From Candidatus Fervidifonticultor octavus (GTDB taxonomy: Bacteria; Sysuimicrobiota; Sysuimicrobiia; Sysuimicrobiales; Humicultoraceae): DNA of 64,000 bases. The notes beneath the pieces were generated by a model. That model saw only the letters and a program-made list of their open reading frames with translations, was not told the DNA's origin and searched no databases. Location: the NCBI GenBank assembly GCA_031459655.1, contig JAVKID010000001.1, positions 893 through 64,892 of the forward strand. The letters are read 5' to 3'. Both the position numbers and the translations under genes were made by a program. Position 1 is the first letter of the stretch. Each line of letters begins with the position of its first letter. Positions 39,181 to 48,244 of the stretch are shown one piece after another.

Positions 39181-39696
39181 CTAGAAGACCCACGGAATCA
39201 GGCGTCTCGCACGCACGCGGTAGTCTGCATACTCGGGGAAGCGGTCCTGCAGGAAGCTTTCCTCCCGGACGGCCTTGGCATACAGGTAGCCGGCAAAGCC
39301 TCCTGCCAGGAGCAGGTGCAGCCCGCTCTCCCTCACCAGGGCCCATCCCACCGCCGCCAGGATGAGCCCGCCGTAGATGGGATGCCGCGCATGCGCGTAG
39401 AGGCCGGTCTGGACCAGGACGGCCCGCTCCCGAGGCTTGGGCAACGCCGACAGGTTTGGGCCCAACTCCCGTACAGCAAGGGCCGCCAGACCCAGGCCGA
39501 GCAGCATGAGCAGCCCGCCCGCTCCTCTCCAGAGCGGACGCCAGGGCCCTTTCCATCTCCACGCGGCCGGTACCACGACCAATACGGCCAGCAGCACGCC
39601 CTGCCCGACGACCCACCACTCCCCCCGCGCGCCTGTCCACCACGGCGGTGATGGTGTGGAAGGTGTCTCGACGGGCATCGGCTGGAATTCTACCAT
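39181..39696 (-). CDS. Isoprenylcysteine carboxyl methyltransferase (ICMT/PEMT)-family membrane methyltransferase
   Basis: C-terminal SAM-binding region LVQTGLYAHARHPIYGGLIL...RVRARRLIPWVF typical of the ICMT/PEMT family; 4-5 TM helices. Confidence 0.65.
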   Translation of the reverse strand: MVEFQPMPVETPSTPSPPWWTGARGEWWVVGQGVLLAVLVVVPAAWRWKGPWRPLWRGAGGLLMLLGLGLAALAVRELGPNLSALPKPRERAVLVQTGLYAHARHPIYGGLILAAVGWALVRESGLHLLLAGGFAGYLYAKAVREESFLQDRFPEYADYRVRARRLIPWVF

Positions 39697-39738
39697 GCCA
39701 GGATGGTCGAGGAGGTCGTGTCGAATGGGTCACCGACG

Positions 39739-40902
39739 ATGATCACTGACTCCACGGCCGACGTCACGGAGGCGGCCCTCCGCGCCCGGAAGGGCGACAA
39801 ATGGAGTAGGTACGGCGCAGACGTTCTCCCCGCATGGGTCGCCGATATGGATTTTCCGGTGCCCGATTCCGTGCGCGAGGTCCTGGTCTGGTCTGCCGAA
39901 CACTCCGCCCTGGGCTACGGGCGGCCGGAGGACGAGAGGGAGATGTTCGAGGCCGGGTCGCGGTGGCTTGCGACGCGCCACGGCTGGGAGCCTGACCCCG
40001 AGTCGTTTGCCTCGCTGGGGAATCTGGTGCAGGGTCTGTACCTGGCCGTCTGGGCCTTCACCGAACCCGGCGAGGGAGTCGTCGTCCAGACGCCGATCTA
40101 CCCGCCCTTCCTCACCGGCGTCGCCGCGCTGGGCCGGCGGGTGGTGGAGAACCGGCTCGTGGACGCCTGCGGGTCGGCCTCCCTCGACCTCGACGGCCTG
40201 CGCCGTCTCGCGGCTGATCCCCACACCAGGCTGTTGCTGCTGTGCAACCCGCACAACCCCACGGGCCGTGTGCTGCGCCGCGACGAACTCGAGGCCATCG
40301 CGGCCATCGCCCTGGACTGCGATCTGGTGGTCGTCTCTGATGAGATCTGGATGGACGTCGTCTATCCGGGTCGCCGTCACATTCCCTTTGCCACGATCAG
40401 TCCCGAGGCGGCCGCGCGCACCGTCACCCTGACCTCGGCCACCAAGGCCTTCAACATCGCGGGATTGCGCTGCGCCGTGGCCATCTTCGGCAGCCCCGCG
40501 CTCCGGGAACGGTTCTCGGTGCTGCCGCCCAAGATGTGGGGGACACCCGGCGTGCTGGGCATCCGGGCGACGGCGGCGGCGTGGACGGACGGCGGGCCCT
40601 GGCTCGATGTCGTCCTCCGGCAGCTGGACGCCAACCGGCGGGCTCTGGCGCAGTTCGTCCGGGAGCGCCTGCCCGGCGTCCGCCACCGGAGCCCTGAGGG
40701 GACGTATCTCGCCTGGCTGGACTTCTCGGCGCTGCGCCTGGACCGCCCGGCGGCCGCCTTCCTCCTCGACCGGGCCCGCGTGGCCCTCAGCGACGGCAGC
40801 GACTTCGGAGGGGGCGGTCACTGTGCCCGGCTCAACTTCGCGACCACGCCGGCAATCCTGTCGCAGATCTGTGAGCGGATCGCCCGGGCCCTGGACGGCT
40901 AG
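39739..40902 (+). CDS. PLP-dependent aminotransferase class I/II, MalY/PatB-type C-S lyase
   Basis: DKWSRY, the ADMDFP motif, NPHNPTGRV, and a lysine region SATKAFNIAGLR. Start at either 39703 or 39739. Confidence 0.65.
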   Translation: MITDSTADVTEAALRARKGDKWSRYGADVLPAWVADMDFPVPDSVREVLVWSAEHSALGYGRPEDEREMFEAGSRWLATRHGWEPDPESFASLGNLVQGLYLAVWAFTEPGEGVVVQTPIYPPFLTGVAALGRRVVENRLVDACGSASLDLDGLRRLAADPHTRLLLLCNPHNPTGRVLRRDELEAIAAIALDCDLVVVSDEIWMDVVYPGRRHIPFATISPEAAARTVTLTSATKAFNIAGLRCAVAIFGSPALRERFSVLPPKMWGTPGVLGIRATAAAWTDGGPWLDVVLRQLDANRRALAQFVRERLPGVRHRSPEGTYLAWLDFSALRLDRPAAAFLLDRARVALSDGSDFGGGGHCARLNFATTPAILSQICERIARALDG

Positions 40903-42035
40903 CGGGCCGTCGGGACGACCGATCGCCGGGTCGCGGCGATCGCTTGGCCCACCATCCACGCCACGACAGCCAGGCCCGCCACGAACAGGACGAGGAAGAG
41001 GACCAGTGGGCCCCACTGCGGGTCTACGCGCTCGGCCGTCACGTCCAGGAACCGGCGGAGTTCCGCGTTCTGCACGATCTGACGGCTTAAGGCGTTGGCG
41101 GCCAGCACCCCGATCTGCGAGGCGGCTACCAGCAGGGCGAGGGCTGGCGTGATCCCCCCGCGCCCGACCCAAAGCAGCAGCCAGGGGAGCCCGGGCGAGA
41201 GCGCGGTCGCGGCCGTCAGGACCACCAGCGGCCGGGCGAGCATCATCTGGCGGATCGCTGCCGGCCAGGTCCAAAACACGTACCACGATCCCGCCACCCC
41301 AACCCACGCCAGGCCCAGCGTGTACAGCCGCCACCCGAACCCGGCTGCCCAGCGTCGGTACGCGCTGGTCTCGCGCACCGCGAAGAGGCCGGCGTCCACC
41401 ACGGCATAGGCCGCGGTGGTCGTCAGCGCCAGCCCCAGGACCATCAGCCAGCGGGGCAGCCACGTGGGATCGCCGGTGTTGAGGGCCACCCCGAGCGGTG
41501 CGCCGGCGACGCTCGTCCGCTGCCAGAGCGCCGGCCAGGCCTCCACGCGGGTCATCAGGCTGAGGGCGTTGGAAAACACAAAGCTGATGGCCACGAAGAG
41601 GAGCGCGGCCACCCACCCGGCGGCCTGCCGCCACGGCCCCAGCCGCCCGGTCCGAAGTCCGACCGCATAGAGGTACACGCCGTAGTAGGCCACCATGAGG
41701 GCCGCGATGACCCCCAGCCAGGGCCAGGCCATCAGGATCGTCGCGGGATAGAACACTCTGGCGTACGCCACCTGCGTGAACAGGAGGGGCACGATCCCGA
41801 AGTTGATCCCCAGTGCCAGGATGATCGGCATCTGGACCATCACCCGGCCCGACCAGGTGCGGGCGTGCTCGCCCCCTCGCCAGCGGCCCAGCATGGCCAG
41901 CAGCGTCCCGGCCAGCCACAGGGTCATCGGGATCAGGTGGAGCGTAAAGCCCAGGACCTTGAAGAAGGCCAGTACCCAGTAGGGCGCAGGGTACCCCAGC
42001 GGCGCGGGCGGTCCGATCAACTGGTTCGGGTCCAT
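40899..42035 (-). CDS. Polytopic membrane protein (9 predicted TM) downstream of the CydA-like gene; putative subunit II of a bd-type oxidase by position and topology only
   Basis: Hydropathy profile, CydB-like size (378 aa), and a 33-nt gap after the CydA-like stop. No CydB sequence signature is recognised. Confidence 0.5.
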   Translation of the reverse strand: MDPNQLIGPPAPLGYPAPYWVLAFFKVLGFTLHLIPMTLWLAGTLLAMLGRWRGGEHARTWSGRVMVQMPIILALGINFGIVPLLFTQVAYARVFYPATILMAWPWLGVIAALMVAYYGVYLYAVGLRTGRLGPWRQAAGWVAALLFVAISFVFSNALSLMTRVEAWPALWQRTSVAGAPLGVALNTGDPTWLPRWLMVLGLALTTTAAYAVVDAGLFAVRETSAYRRWAAGFGWRLYTLGLAWVGVAGSWYVFWTWPAAIRQMMLARPLVVLTAATALSPGLPWLLLWVGRGGITPALALLVAASQIGVLAANALSRQIVQNAELRRFLDVTAERVDPQWGPLVLFLVLFVAGLAVVAWMVGQAIAATRRSVVPTAR

Positions 42036-42068
42036 CTCAGGTTCCTGCTTCGCCCGGCTTGACTACCC

Positions 42069-43463
42069 TTACGGACCGGTCGCGGGCTCCATGCCGCCTG
42101 GCCGCGGCCAGCGGATGGACGACAGGTACTTGGTCAGCACCTCGGCCTCTTCCGCCGTCCCCGCCCAGGGCGGCATGAAGAAGTTGGTCTCACTGAGGTG
42201 GTCGAGGAGATGGCGGATCATCTCGGGCGTCCACCCCCGCGTCAGATGGCTGACGGCGGAGTAGCCGACGGTCGCGGCGTGGCAGTTGTTGCACTGGTAC
42301 TGGAAGATCACCCGGCCGAGGGAGACCTGATCGGCCTCGGGCAGGTCGAGCAGCCGGCGCTCGTCGATCGCGCCACCGTCCATCACCTGGGGATACTGCG
42401 ACGCCACCAGCACTCTGGTCCAAGTGCCGGTCTCCAGGTAGCCCTGCCGCCGGGCTGCGGGCACCTGCTCCACCAATAGCTGGTTCCCCATGACGACGTT
42501 GTAGATGATGTACGGCTTGCGGACCGCCTCGCGGATGAACTCGCCGGTCGCAAACGCCGCCAGCCCCAGCGCGAAGAACAGGATGGCGAAGCCGGGCGAC
42601 AGCCAGCCCGGGTGCCGGTACGGGCCCAGGTAGAGCATGATGAAGACCGCGATGGTGATGGCGAAGATGAGCACCATCATGATGTTGAGCGAGGCGGCCG
42701 CACTCAACGCGGCCCTGGCCGATTCCGGCAGGAAGACGTACCACCCCGCCCCTCCGGCGACGACGAGGATCGCGCCCAGCAGCGCCGGCCGCGCCGAGCG
42801 GGCGGCGATGAGGTCGCGCAGCGCGGGATCCCTGACCCTGAAGGCCGCGTGCAGGTAGACATAGAGCGACGCCAGCAGGAAGGCACCGCCGGTGCGGGCC
42901 AGGACCTGGGGGACGAACTGCGGGTTGAAGAACGCCACCCAGAAGGTTCGCCGCTCAGGCCAGGCGCCGGGGTGCAGCATGAAGGCGGTGATGCCGGTGA
43001 TGAGCACCAGGCTCATCCAGGCCGAGCCCGCGTAGATCCACCCCACGGTCTGGTGCGTCCTGGCGTCCAGGCGTCCCCAGAAGTAGTAGAAGATGAACGC
43101 CGAGACGATCTCCAGGACGAAGAAGACGTACTCCATAGCCCAGCCGAAGACGAAGATCTGGATGAGCATCGAGGTGGCCAGCGGCGAAGCCAGCCCGATG
43201 GTCCACCAGATGCCCACACCGGTGATGGCGCCGTAGACGACCGTCACCAGGATGAAGAACCAGGCGTGGTCCCTGAGGTAGGCCAGGTAGGCGCGGTGGC
43301 CGGTGCGGTAGGCGTGCGCCGTCTCCAGGGCCAGGAACAGCCCGCCGCCGACGGCATAGTGCGCCACCAGCACGTGCAGGACCGCGACGATGGCGATGAG
43401 CATCGGCGCGGTCAGGAATGGAACGTACCACCAGGGATAATGCACGGGTGCATCCAAAAGCAT
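42069..43463 (-). CDS. Cytochrome bd oxidase subunit I (CydA)-like protein lacking a Q-loop, with a fused C-terminal mono-haem cytochrome c domain (CNNCH)
   Basis: N-terminus MLLDAPVHYPWW...LHVLVAHYAVGGGLFLALETAHAYRTG aligns to the E. coli CydA helix 1 (His19 ... ETVYVLSG). Nine TM helices. The C-terminus ...VIFQYQCNNCHAATVGYS is a CxxCH haem-c site with a Met-rich tail. Confidence 0.7.
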   Translation of the reverse strand: MLLDAPVHYPWWYVPFLTAPMLIAIVAVLHVLVAHYAVGGGLFLALETAHAYRTGHRAYLAYLRDHAWFFILVTVVYGAITGVGIWWTIGLASPLATSMLIQIFVFGWAMEYVFFVLEIVSAFIFYYFWGRLDARTHQTVGWIYAGSAWMSLVLITGITAFMLHPGAWPERRTFWVAFFNPQFVPQVLARTGGAFLLASLYVYLHAAFRVRDPALRDLIAARSARPALLGAILVVAGGAGWYVFLPESARAALSAAASLNIMMVLIFAITIAVFIMLYLGPYRHPGWLSPGFAILFFALGLAAFATGEFIREAVRKPYIIYNVVMGNQLLVEQVPAARRQGYLETGTWTRVLVASQYPQVMDGGAIDERRLLDLPEADQVSLGRVIFQYQCNNCHAATVGYSAVSHLTRGWTPEMIRHLLDHLSETNFFMPPWAGTAEEAEVLTKYLSSIRWPRPGGMEPATGP

Positions 43464-43584
43464 ACCACAGGTTGCGCCCGACTTCATCGGGTCCGGACTG
43501 GAGAATCGGGTTGGCTGAGAGTCGCGGCCGGGATCGCAGGGTCACCCAGGAGGGCCGGGCCGCCGGGGTGCGAAGTACGAGGAC

Positions 43585-43981
43585 ATGAAGAGGCCCCGCG
43601 TTGCCAGCGGCACGCCCTGGGAACCCATCGTCGGCTACTCCCGCGCCATTCGCGTCGGAATCACCGTTCACGTGTCGGGGACGACCGCCACTGACGAGGA
43701 AGGCAACATCGTCGGCCGGGGCGATCCCTACCTGCAGACCGTCCAGGCGCTCAGGAACATCGGGAAGGCGCTGGACGCCGTGGCGGCTCGCCTGGAGGAC
43801 GTGGTGCGCACGCCGCATCTATGTTACCAACATTGACGCCTGGGAGAAGGTCGGAAAGGCCCACGGGGAGGTCTTCGGCGCAATCCGGCCGGCCACCAGC
43901 ATGGTGGAGGTCAGTCGGCTCATCGATCCCGACATGATGGTGGAGATCGAGGCCGACGCCGTCGTTGGCGATCCGGCGTAG
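43585..43981 (+). pseudogene. RidA/YjgF-family protein, frameshifted (+1 nt) at about 43808
   Basis: Frame 1 reads [76 protein letters not shown]; the second frame reads [52 protein letters not shown]. Deleting one C in CGCACGCCGCATC joins them. Confidence 0.55.
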
Positions 43982-43995
43982 GGGCTCCTCGGCCC

Positions 43996-44451
43996 GTGGA
44001 CGCCGGCGTCTTCCTCCGCCGGTTTGTCATCGGTTTCTCGATCGCAGCACTGGTGGGGCCGATCGGCGTACTGTGCATCCGTCGGACCAGCACCGACGGC
44101 CGCGCCGCCGGCTGTGTGTCGGGATTGGGCACCGCCAGCGCCGACGCCGTCTACGGCAGCATCGCGGCCTGCGGGCTGACGGTTGTCTCGGGATTCCTCA
44201 TCGGCCAGCAGGTCTGGTTGCGGCTGATCGGTGCCTGCGCCTCCACGTTCCTCCTGACGCTGACCAATCCCATGACGATCCTGTCGTCTGCAGCGATCTT
44301 CGCCGGGCTGGGCCTTGCGGGCATGTCGTCGGGCTTCGCCGCAGCAGGCTTCATGGTCGCAGGTGGCTTGCTGGGCTCCGCGGCCTGGCGACGGTCACGA
44401 ACGGGATGGTGGAGTTGCCTTTGGCTCGCGCCAGCGGAACTGGGGCGGTGA
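43996..44451 (+). CDS. LysE/RhtB-family amino-acid exporter, probably C-terminally truncated or frameshifted (151 aa against ~205 typical)
   Basis: LysE-family N-terminus and 4 TM helices (GPIGVLCIRRTSTDGRAAGCVSGLGTASADAVYG). The ORF ends in a non-membrane tail; no convincing continuation was found. Confidence 0.5.
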   Translation: MDAGVFLRRFVIGFSIAALVGPIGVLCIRRTSTDGRAAGCVSGLGTASADAVYGSIAACGLTVVSGFLIGQQVWLRLIGACASTFLLTLTNPMTILSSAAIFAGLGLAGMSSGFAAAGFMVAGGLLGSAAWRRSRTGWWSCLWLAPAELGR

Positions 44452-44566
44452 GCGTCACGACGAGGAACCCCGCCAGAAGTGCCATCCCCGTCAGTCCTGC
44501 CGTGGGCCCGCGGACCATATTGCCGTCGCCTCCATCGGGGAGAGATCGCTGCGGTTTCCCGGATCT

Positions 44567-45442
44567 CTATTGGTTAGACGCAGGCCGCGGCGGGACGGTT
44601 CCATCCAGTGGCTCCATGCGCCAGCCGTCGTCTGTGCGCGCCGCCAGTTCCCCGCACTCCACCTCCCGCAGCAGCGCCTCCGCCCGGGAGTAGAAGTCCG
44701 TCACGCGCGATGGGGCGTGCGCGTCGCTGGTGACCACCAGCGGGATGCCCAGGTCCAGGCACCGGCGCACGATCCACGGGCTCGGATACGGCTGCCGCGC
44801 CGCCTGTCGCCAGCCGTTGGTGTTGACCTCCACGACGACGCCGGCGCGCGCGCACGCCTGGACCGTCGCCTCCACCTCGCGCCGGTACCAGGGCTCGTCC
44901 TCCCGGAAGTACCTGGCCCCCCGGTTCCATATCTTGATGCGGTCCAGGTGGCCGACGATGTCGGCGCGACCCCACGCCACCATCCCGCGCACCCGCGCGT
45001 AGTACTCTCCGACCAGACGCCGCACCTGGCCGCCGAAGACGTCGCGCAACACACGCTCGAACTCGCGGCGCGAGAGGTCGTAGGCCGCAGGCACGCCGGT
45101 GGGACCGGGGCCGAGGAAGTGCACCGATCCGATCATGTAGTCGAAGCGGTAGGCCGAGAACTCCCGCCACATCCGCTCGACGTATTCGGGCAGGTAGTCG
45201 AACTCCAGCCCGAGGTGGATCCGGAGCCGGTCGCGGTGGGCGTCCTGGAGGCGCGCGATCTCCGCGCAGTAGGCCGGCAGGGCATCCTGGCGCATGGCGG
45301 AGGGGTCGGGGAAGGGGAGCGGGCAGTGGCTGGTGATGCCCAGGGCCTCCAGGCCGGCGGCGACCGCGGCCTCCACGTACTCCGCGATCTCGCCTTTGCC
45401 GTCGCAGAAGCGGTTGTGGGTGTGGTAGCTGGTCCGCAGCAC
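44567..45442 (-). CDS. PHP-domain histidinol-phosphatase (HisJ/HisK) family protein
   Basis: N-terminal SYHTHNRFCDGKG, ITSHCP, and later His/Asp metal ligands (GSVHF, VGHLD, VNTNG, TSDAH). GTG start overlapping the upstream TAG. Confidence 0.7.
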   Translation of the reverse strand: MLRTSYHTHNRFCDGKGEIAEYVEAAVAAGLEALGITSHCPLPFPDPSAMRQDALPAYCAEIARLQDAHRDRLRIHLGLEFDYLPEYVERMWREFSAYRFDYMIGSVHFLGPGPTGVPAAYDLSRREFERVLRDVFGGQVRRLVGEYYARVRGMVAWGRADIVGHLDRIKIWNRGARYFREDEPWYRREVEATVQACARAGVVVEVNTNGWRQAARQPYPSPWIVRRCLDLGIPLVVTSDAHAPSRVTDFYSRAEALLREVECGELAARTDDGWRMEPLDGTVPPRPASNQ

Positions 45443-46350
45443 TACGGGGGCTCCAGGCGCTGGGTGCCCTCCACGTCCAGCGGTCCGGCAGGCGCCCGGA
45501 AGAGGTCGGCCAGGATCTCCAGCCCGCGGACGATGCGCGGGCCCGGTCGGCTAAAGTAGGCGCTCCCGTCGGCGAGGAAGACCCGGCCGGTGCGGACCGC
45601 CGGCAGGTCATCCCACCCGGGACGCCCGGCCAGCAGGGAGCCCTCGGCCCGGGCCCGGGCGAGGTCGAAGCCGCACGGGGCGACCACGATGACCTCCGGG
45701 GCGTAGGCCACCACCTGGTCCCACTCGATCACGGTCGAGGCCCCGCCCGGGGTCCCCAGGCCATCCCAGCCGCCGGCGATCTGGACCATCTCGGGCACCC
45801 AGTGGCCGGCGACGAAGAGCGGATCCAGCCACTCGAGGCAGAGCACCCTCGGGCGAGGGCGCGGGGGAGGCCGGCGGCGGACCTCCTCGATCCGGCCCCG
45901 CAGCCGCGCCACCAGGTCGGCGGCCGCGCGGGCCGCGCCGGTCAGGCCGCCCACCACCAGGATCGTTTCCAGGATGTCCTCCAGGCTGTGGGGATCCAGC
46001 GAGACGATCTTCGTCCGTCCCTCCAGGACCTTGGTGGCGCCCCGGACCTCGCTGAAGGACGGCGCGCACACCTGACACAATTCCTGGGTCAGGATCAGAT
46101 CGGGCTCGAGCCCGGCCAGGAGCTGGGCATCCAGGTGGTAGACGCTCTTGCCGCGGTGGACCTGCCGGCGGATGGCGGCGTCGATGTCGGCGCTGCCCAT
46201 CGCGTTGGAGACGATGGCGTCGCTCAACACGCGCCTGGTTCGGACCTCCGGCGGGTAGTCGCAGTCGTGGGAGACGCCCACCAGGGATTCGCCCAGGTCC
46301 AGGGCGCAGACGATCTCGGTGGCGCTGGGAAGGAGCGAGACGATCCTCAC
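45442..46350 (-). CDS. BtuF/FhuD-like periplasmic binding protein (cobalamin/siderophore-type ABC SBP fold)
   Basis: RIVSLLPSATEIVCALDLGESLVGVSHDCDYP and the ...LDPLFVAGHWVPEMVQIAGG pattern typical of PBP-type-8 proteins. GTG start overlapping the MFS TGA (GTGA). No cognate permease or ATPase nearby. Confidence 0.6.
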   Translation of the reverse strand: MRIVSLLPSATEIVCALDLGESLVGVSHDCDYPPEVRTRRVLSDAIVSNAMGSADIDAAIRRQVHRGKSVYHLDAQLLAGLEPDLILTQELCQVCAPSFSEVRGATKVLEGRTKIVSLDPHSLEDILETILVVGGLTGAARAAADLVARLRGRIEEVRRRPPPRPRPRVLCLEWLDPLFVAGHWVPEMVQIAGGWDGLGTPGGASTVIEWDQVVAYAPEVIVVAPCGFDLARARAEGSLLAGRPGWDDLPAVRTGRVFLADGSAYFSRPGPRIVRGLEILADLFRAPAGPLDVEGTQRLEPP

Positions 46351-47546
46351 CGGCGTTCCTCCGGTGGCCGTACGTGTCGGAACATGGCGAAGAGCACCAG
46401 GTCGTAGACGATCTTCAGGCCGCCGCCGAGGAGGAACGGGACGCCGAGTCCCGCGACCTGCATGGCGGCGCCGGCGATCACCGGGGTGACGGCCTGGGCC
46501 ACGTTGCGGGCGATATTCGTCACGCCCGCCGCGGCCACCCGCTCGTTGGGGTCCACGACCGCCACCACGTACGACTGCCGGGCAGGCACGTCCATCTGCG
46601 AGAGCGCGTGGCGTGCCAGCAGCAGGCCCACCGCCCACGCCAGCGACGGCGCCAGAGGGATCGCCATCAGCAGGACGTTGGACGGCAGGTGGGTGAACAC
46701 CATGGTGTTGATCAGGCCGATCCGCTCCGCGACGCGGGCGGCGGCCAGGAAGGAGGCGGCCTGGAGCAGGCCGACCCCCAGGAAGATGGGGCCCAACAGT
46801 TCCGGCCCGGCGCCCCACCGCAGGTGGAAGTAGAACGCGATCAGGCCCTGCACCACGAAGCCGCCGGCGAGCGAGTCCAGGCCAAAGAGCGCGGCGAGCC
46901 GGAGGACCACCCTGCGGGACCGGCGCAGGCCGCCGGCGCCTCCCGGTGCCGTCCCCTCGGTGCCGACCTCGACACGGCCGCTGAGGCGCCCGAACAGCCT
47001 CAGGACGATGGCGGCGCAGCCGGCGTAGACCAGGAACATCACCCGGTACGCCGCCGGGCCGCCCAGGCCCAGCCACCGCTCCAGCAGCGCGGGGAGGCCG
47101 GCAGACAGCGCCCCGGCCGAACCGGCCAGGGCGCCGACCAGGTTGTAGAGCGAGAACAGGCGCGTGCGGCGCGCCTCCGAAGCGGTCTGGGGCAGCATCG
47201 CCTGCTCGAGGGAGAGGAACGGGCCGACTTCGCCCGACGTCGCCCCGACCGTGCCGGTCAGCGAGACCAGGATGAGGAGGGGGTAGGACGTGCTGGAGGC
47301 AAAGGCCGCGCCGCTGGCGGCCATGCACAGGGCGGAGATCCGCAACATCCTGCGCCGGCCGTAGCGGTCGGCGGTGGCGGCGAACAGGGCGGTGAGCGCG
47401 GCCGATCCCACGAGCGTTGCGGTGAGCACGCCGCCGACCTGCCACGGCGCGAACCCCACCTCGGTCAGGTAGACGCCCAGCAGGACGGACTGGAAGCCGT
47501 AGGCGAACGTGCGGATGCCGCGCGCGGCCAGGATCAGGCGGCCGTC
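46347..47546 (-). CDS. MFS transporter
   Basis: 12-TM profile and the MFS motif RYGRRRMLRISAL. Start at MDGRLILAARGI. Confidence 0.7.
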   Translation of the reverse strand, partial: DGRLILAARGIRTFAYGFQSVLLGVYLTEVGFAPWQVGGVLTATLVGSAALTALFAATADRYGRRRMLRISALCMAASGAAFASSTSYPLLILVSLTGTVGATSGEVGPFLSLEQAMLPQTASEARRTRLFSLYNLVGALAGSAGALSAGLPALLERWLGLGGPAAYRVMFLVYAGCAAIVLRLFGRLSGRVEVGTEGTAPGGAGGLRRSRRVVLRLAALFGLDSLAGGFVVQGLIAFYFHLRWGAGPELLGPIFLGVGLLQAASFLAAARVAERIGLINTMVFTHLPSNVLLMAIPLAPSLAWAVGLLLARHALSQMDVPARQSYVVAVVDPNERVAAAGVTNIARNVAQAVTPVIAGAAMQVAGLGVPFLLGGGLKIVYDLVLFAMFRHVRPPEERR

Positions 47547-47708
47547 CATCGAGATCCAGCACGGCGACGCAGGCGCTGCAGCCAGCACGTCCTTACGTTT
47601 GGCGGGCGGCCCGCCCTGCCCTATGGCGGACCGCCCGCCAGGACTCCACGCCCGCGGAGGGGGGTCGTGGTATCCTTTCGCTGGATCCTGTCCCGAGGGG
47701 GTGGGGTC

Positions 47709-48143
47709 ATGAAGTGGGTCACGCGGGAGCGCGTCAAGGTCGATCGCGTCGCCTGCCCCTGGCTGATCAAGCACTTCATCGATCCCGACGCCGAGTTCCT
47801 GTTCGTGCCGTCAGACCAGGTGACAGACGTCGCCCGTCGGACGGGCGCCATCCCCTACGATGTCGAGGGCGCGGAACTCGGGCACGTCGAGGGCCGCTGC
47901 TCCTTTGAATCCCTCATCCTGAAATACGGGTTGACGGATCCGGCGCTGGACTACCTGGCCAAGATCGTCCACGGGGCCGACACGAAGGACACCGACATCG
48001 TCCCCGAAGCCGCCGGATTGAAGGCGGTCGCCTTGGGGTTCAGCCTGCTCTATCCGGACGACGACCACCGCATCCTGGCCGAGGAGTTTCGCGTCTACGA
48101 CGCGCTGTATGCCTGGTGCCGCCAGCAGGTGGGGGCGGCCTGA
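47709..48143 (+). CDS. ChrB C-terminal-domain (rhodanese-like / chromate-resistance-associated) protein
   Basis: [33 protein letters not shown] matches the ChrB-C domain signature. Only the 144 C-terminal codons of the listed 589-aa ORF are accepted. Confidence 0.5.
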   Translation: MKWVTRERVKVDRVACPWLIKHFIDPDAEFLFVPSDQVTDVARRTGAIPYDVEGAELGHVEGRCSFESLILKYGLTDPALDYLAKIVHGADTKDTDIVPEAAGLKAVALGFSLLYPDDDHRILAEEFRVYDALYAWCRQQVGAA

Positions 48144-48244
48144 CCCGCAGCCCGGCCGCCCCGCTTGGGGAGCCTCCAAGGGGGGAACCCGTCCCGCAGG
48201 CACGAACTCTGGGGTACCGGCCCTGTGGCGGGAGGTGGGCGACG

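Noticed and set aside
39730-41919. 729-aa minus-strand ORF
   Set aside because: It is antisense to the PLP aminotransferase gene, out of frame with the membrane protein gene, and Arg/Gly/Pro-rich.
46374-48143. 589-aa plus-strand ORF
   Set aside because: Only the last 144 codons match a ChrB-C domain. The upstream part is antisense to the MFS gene.
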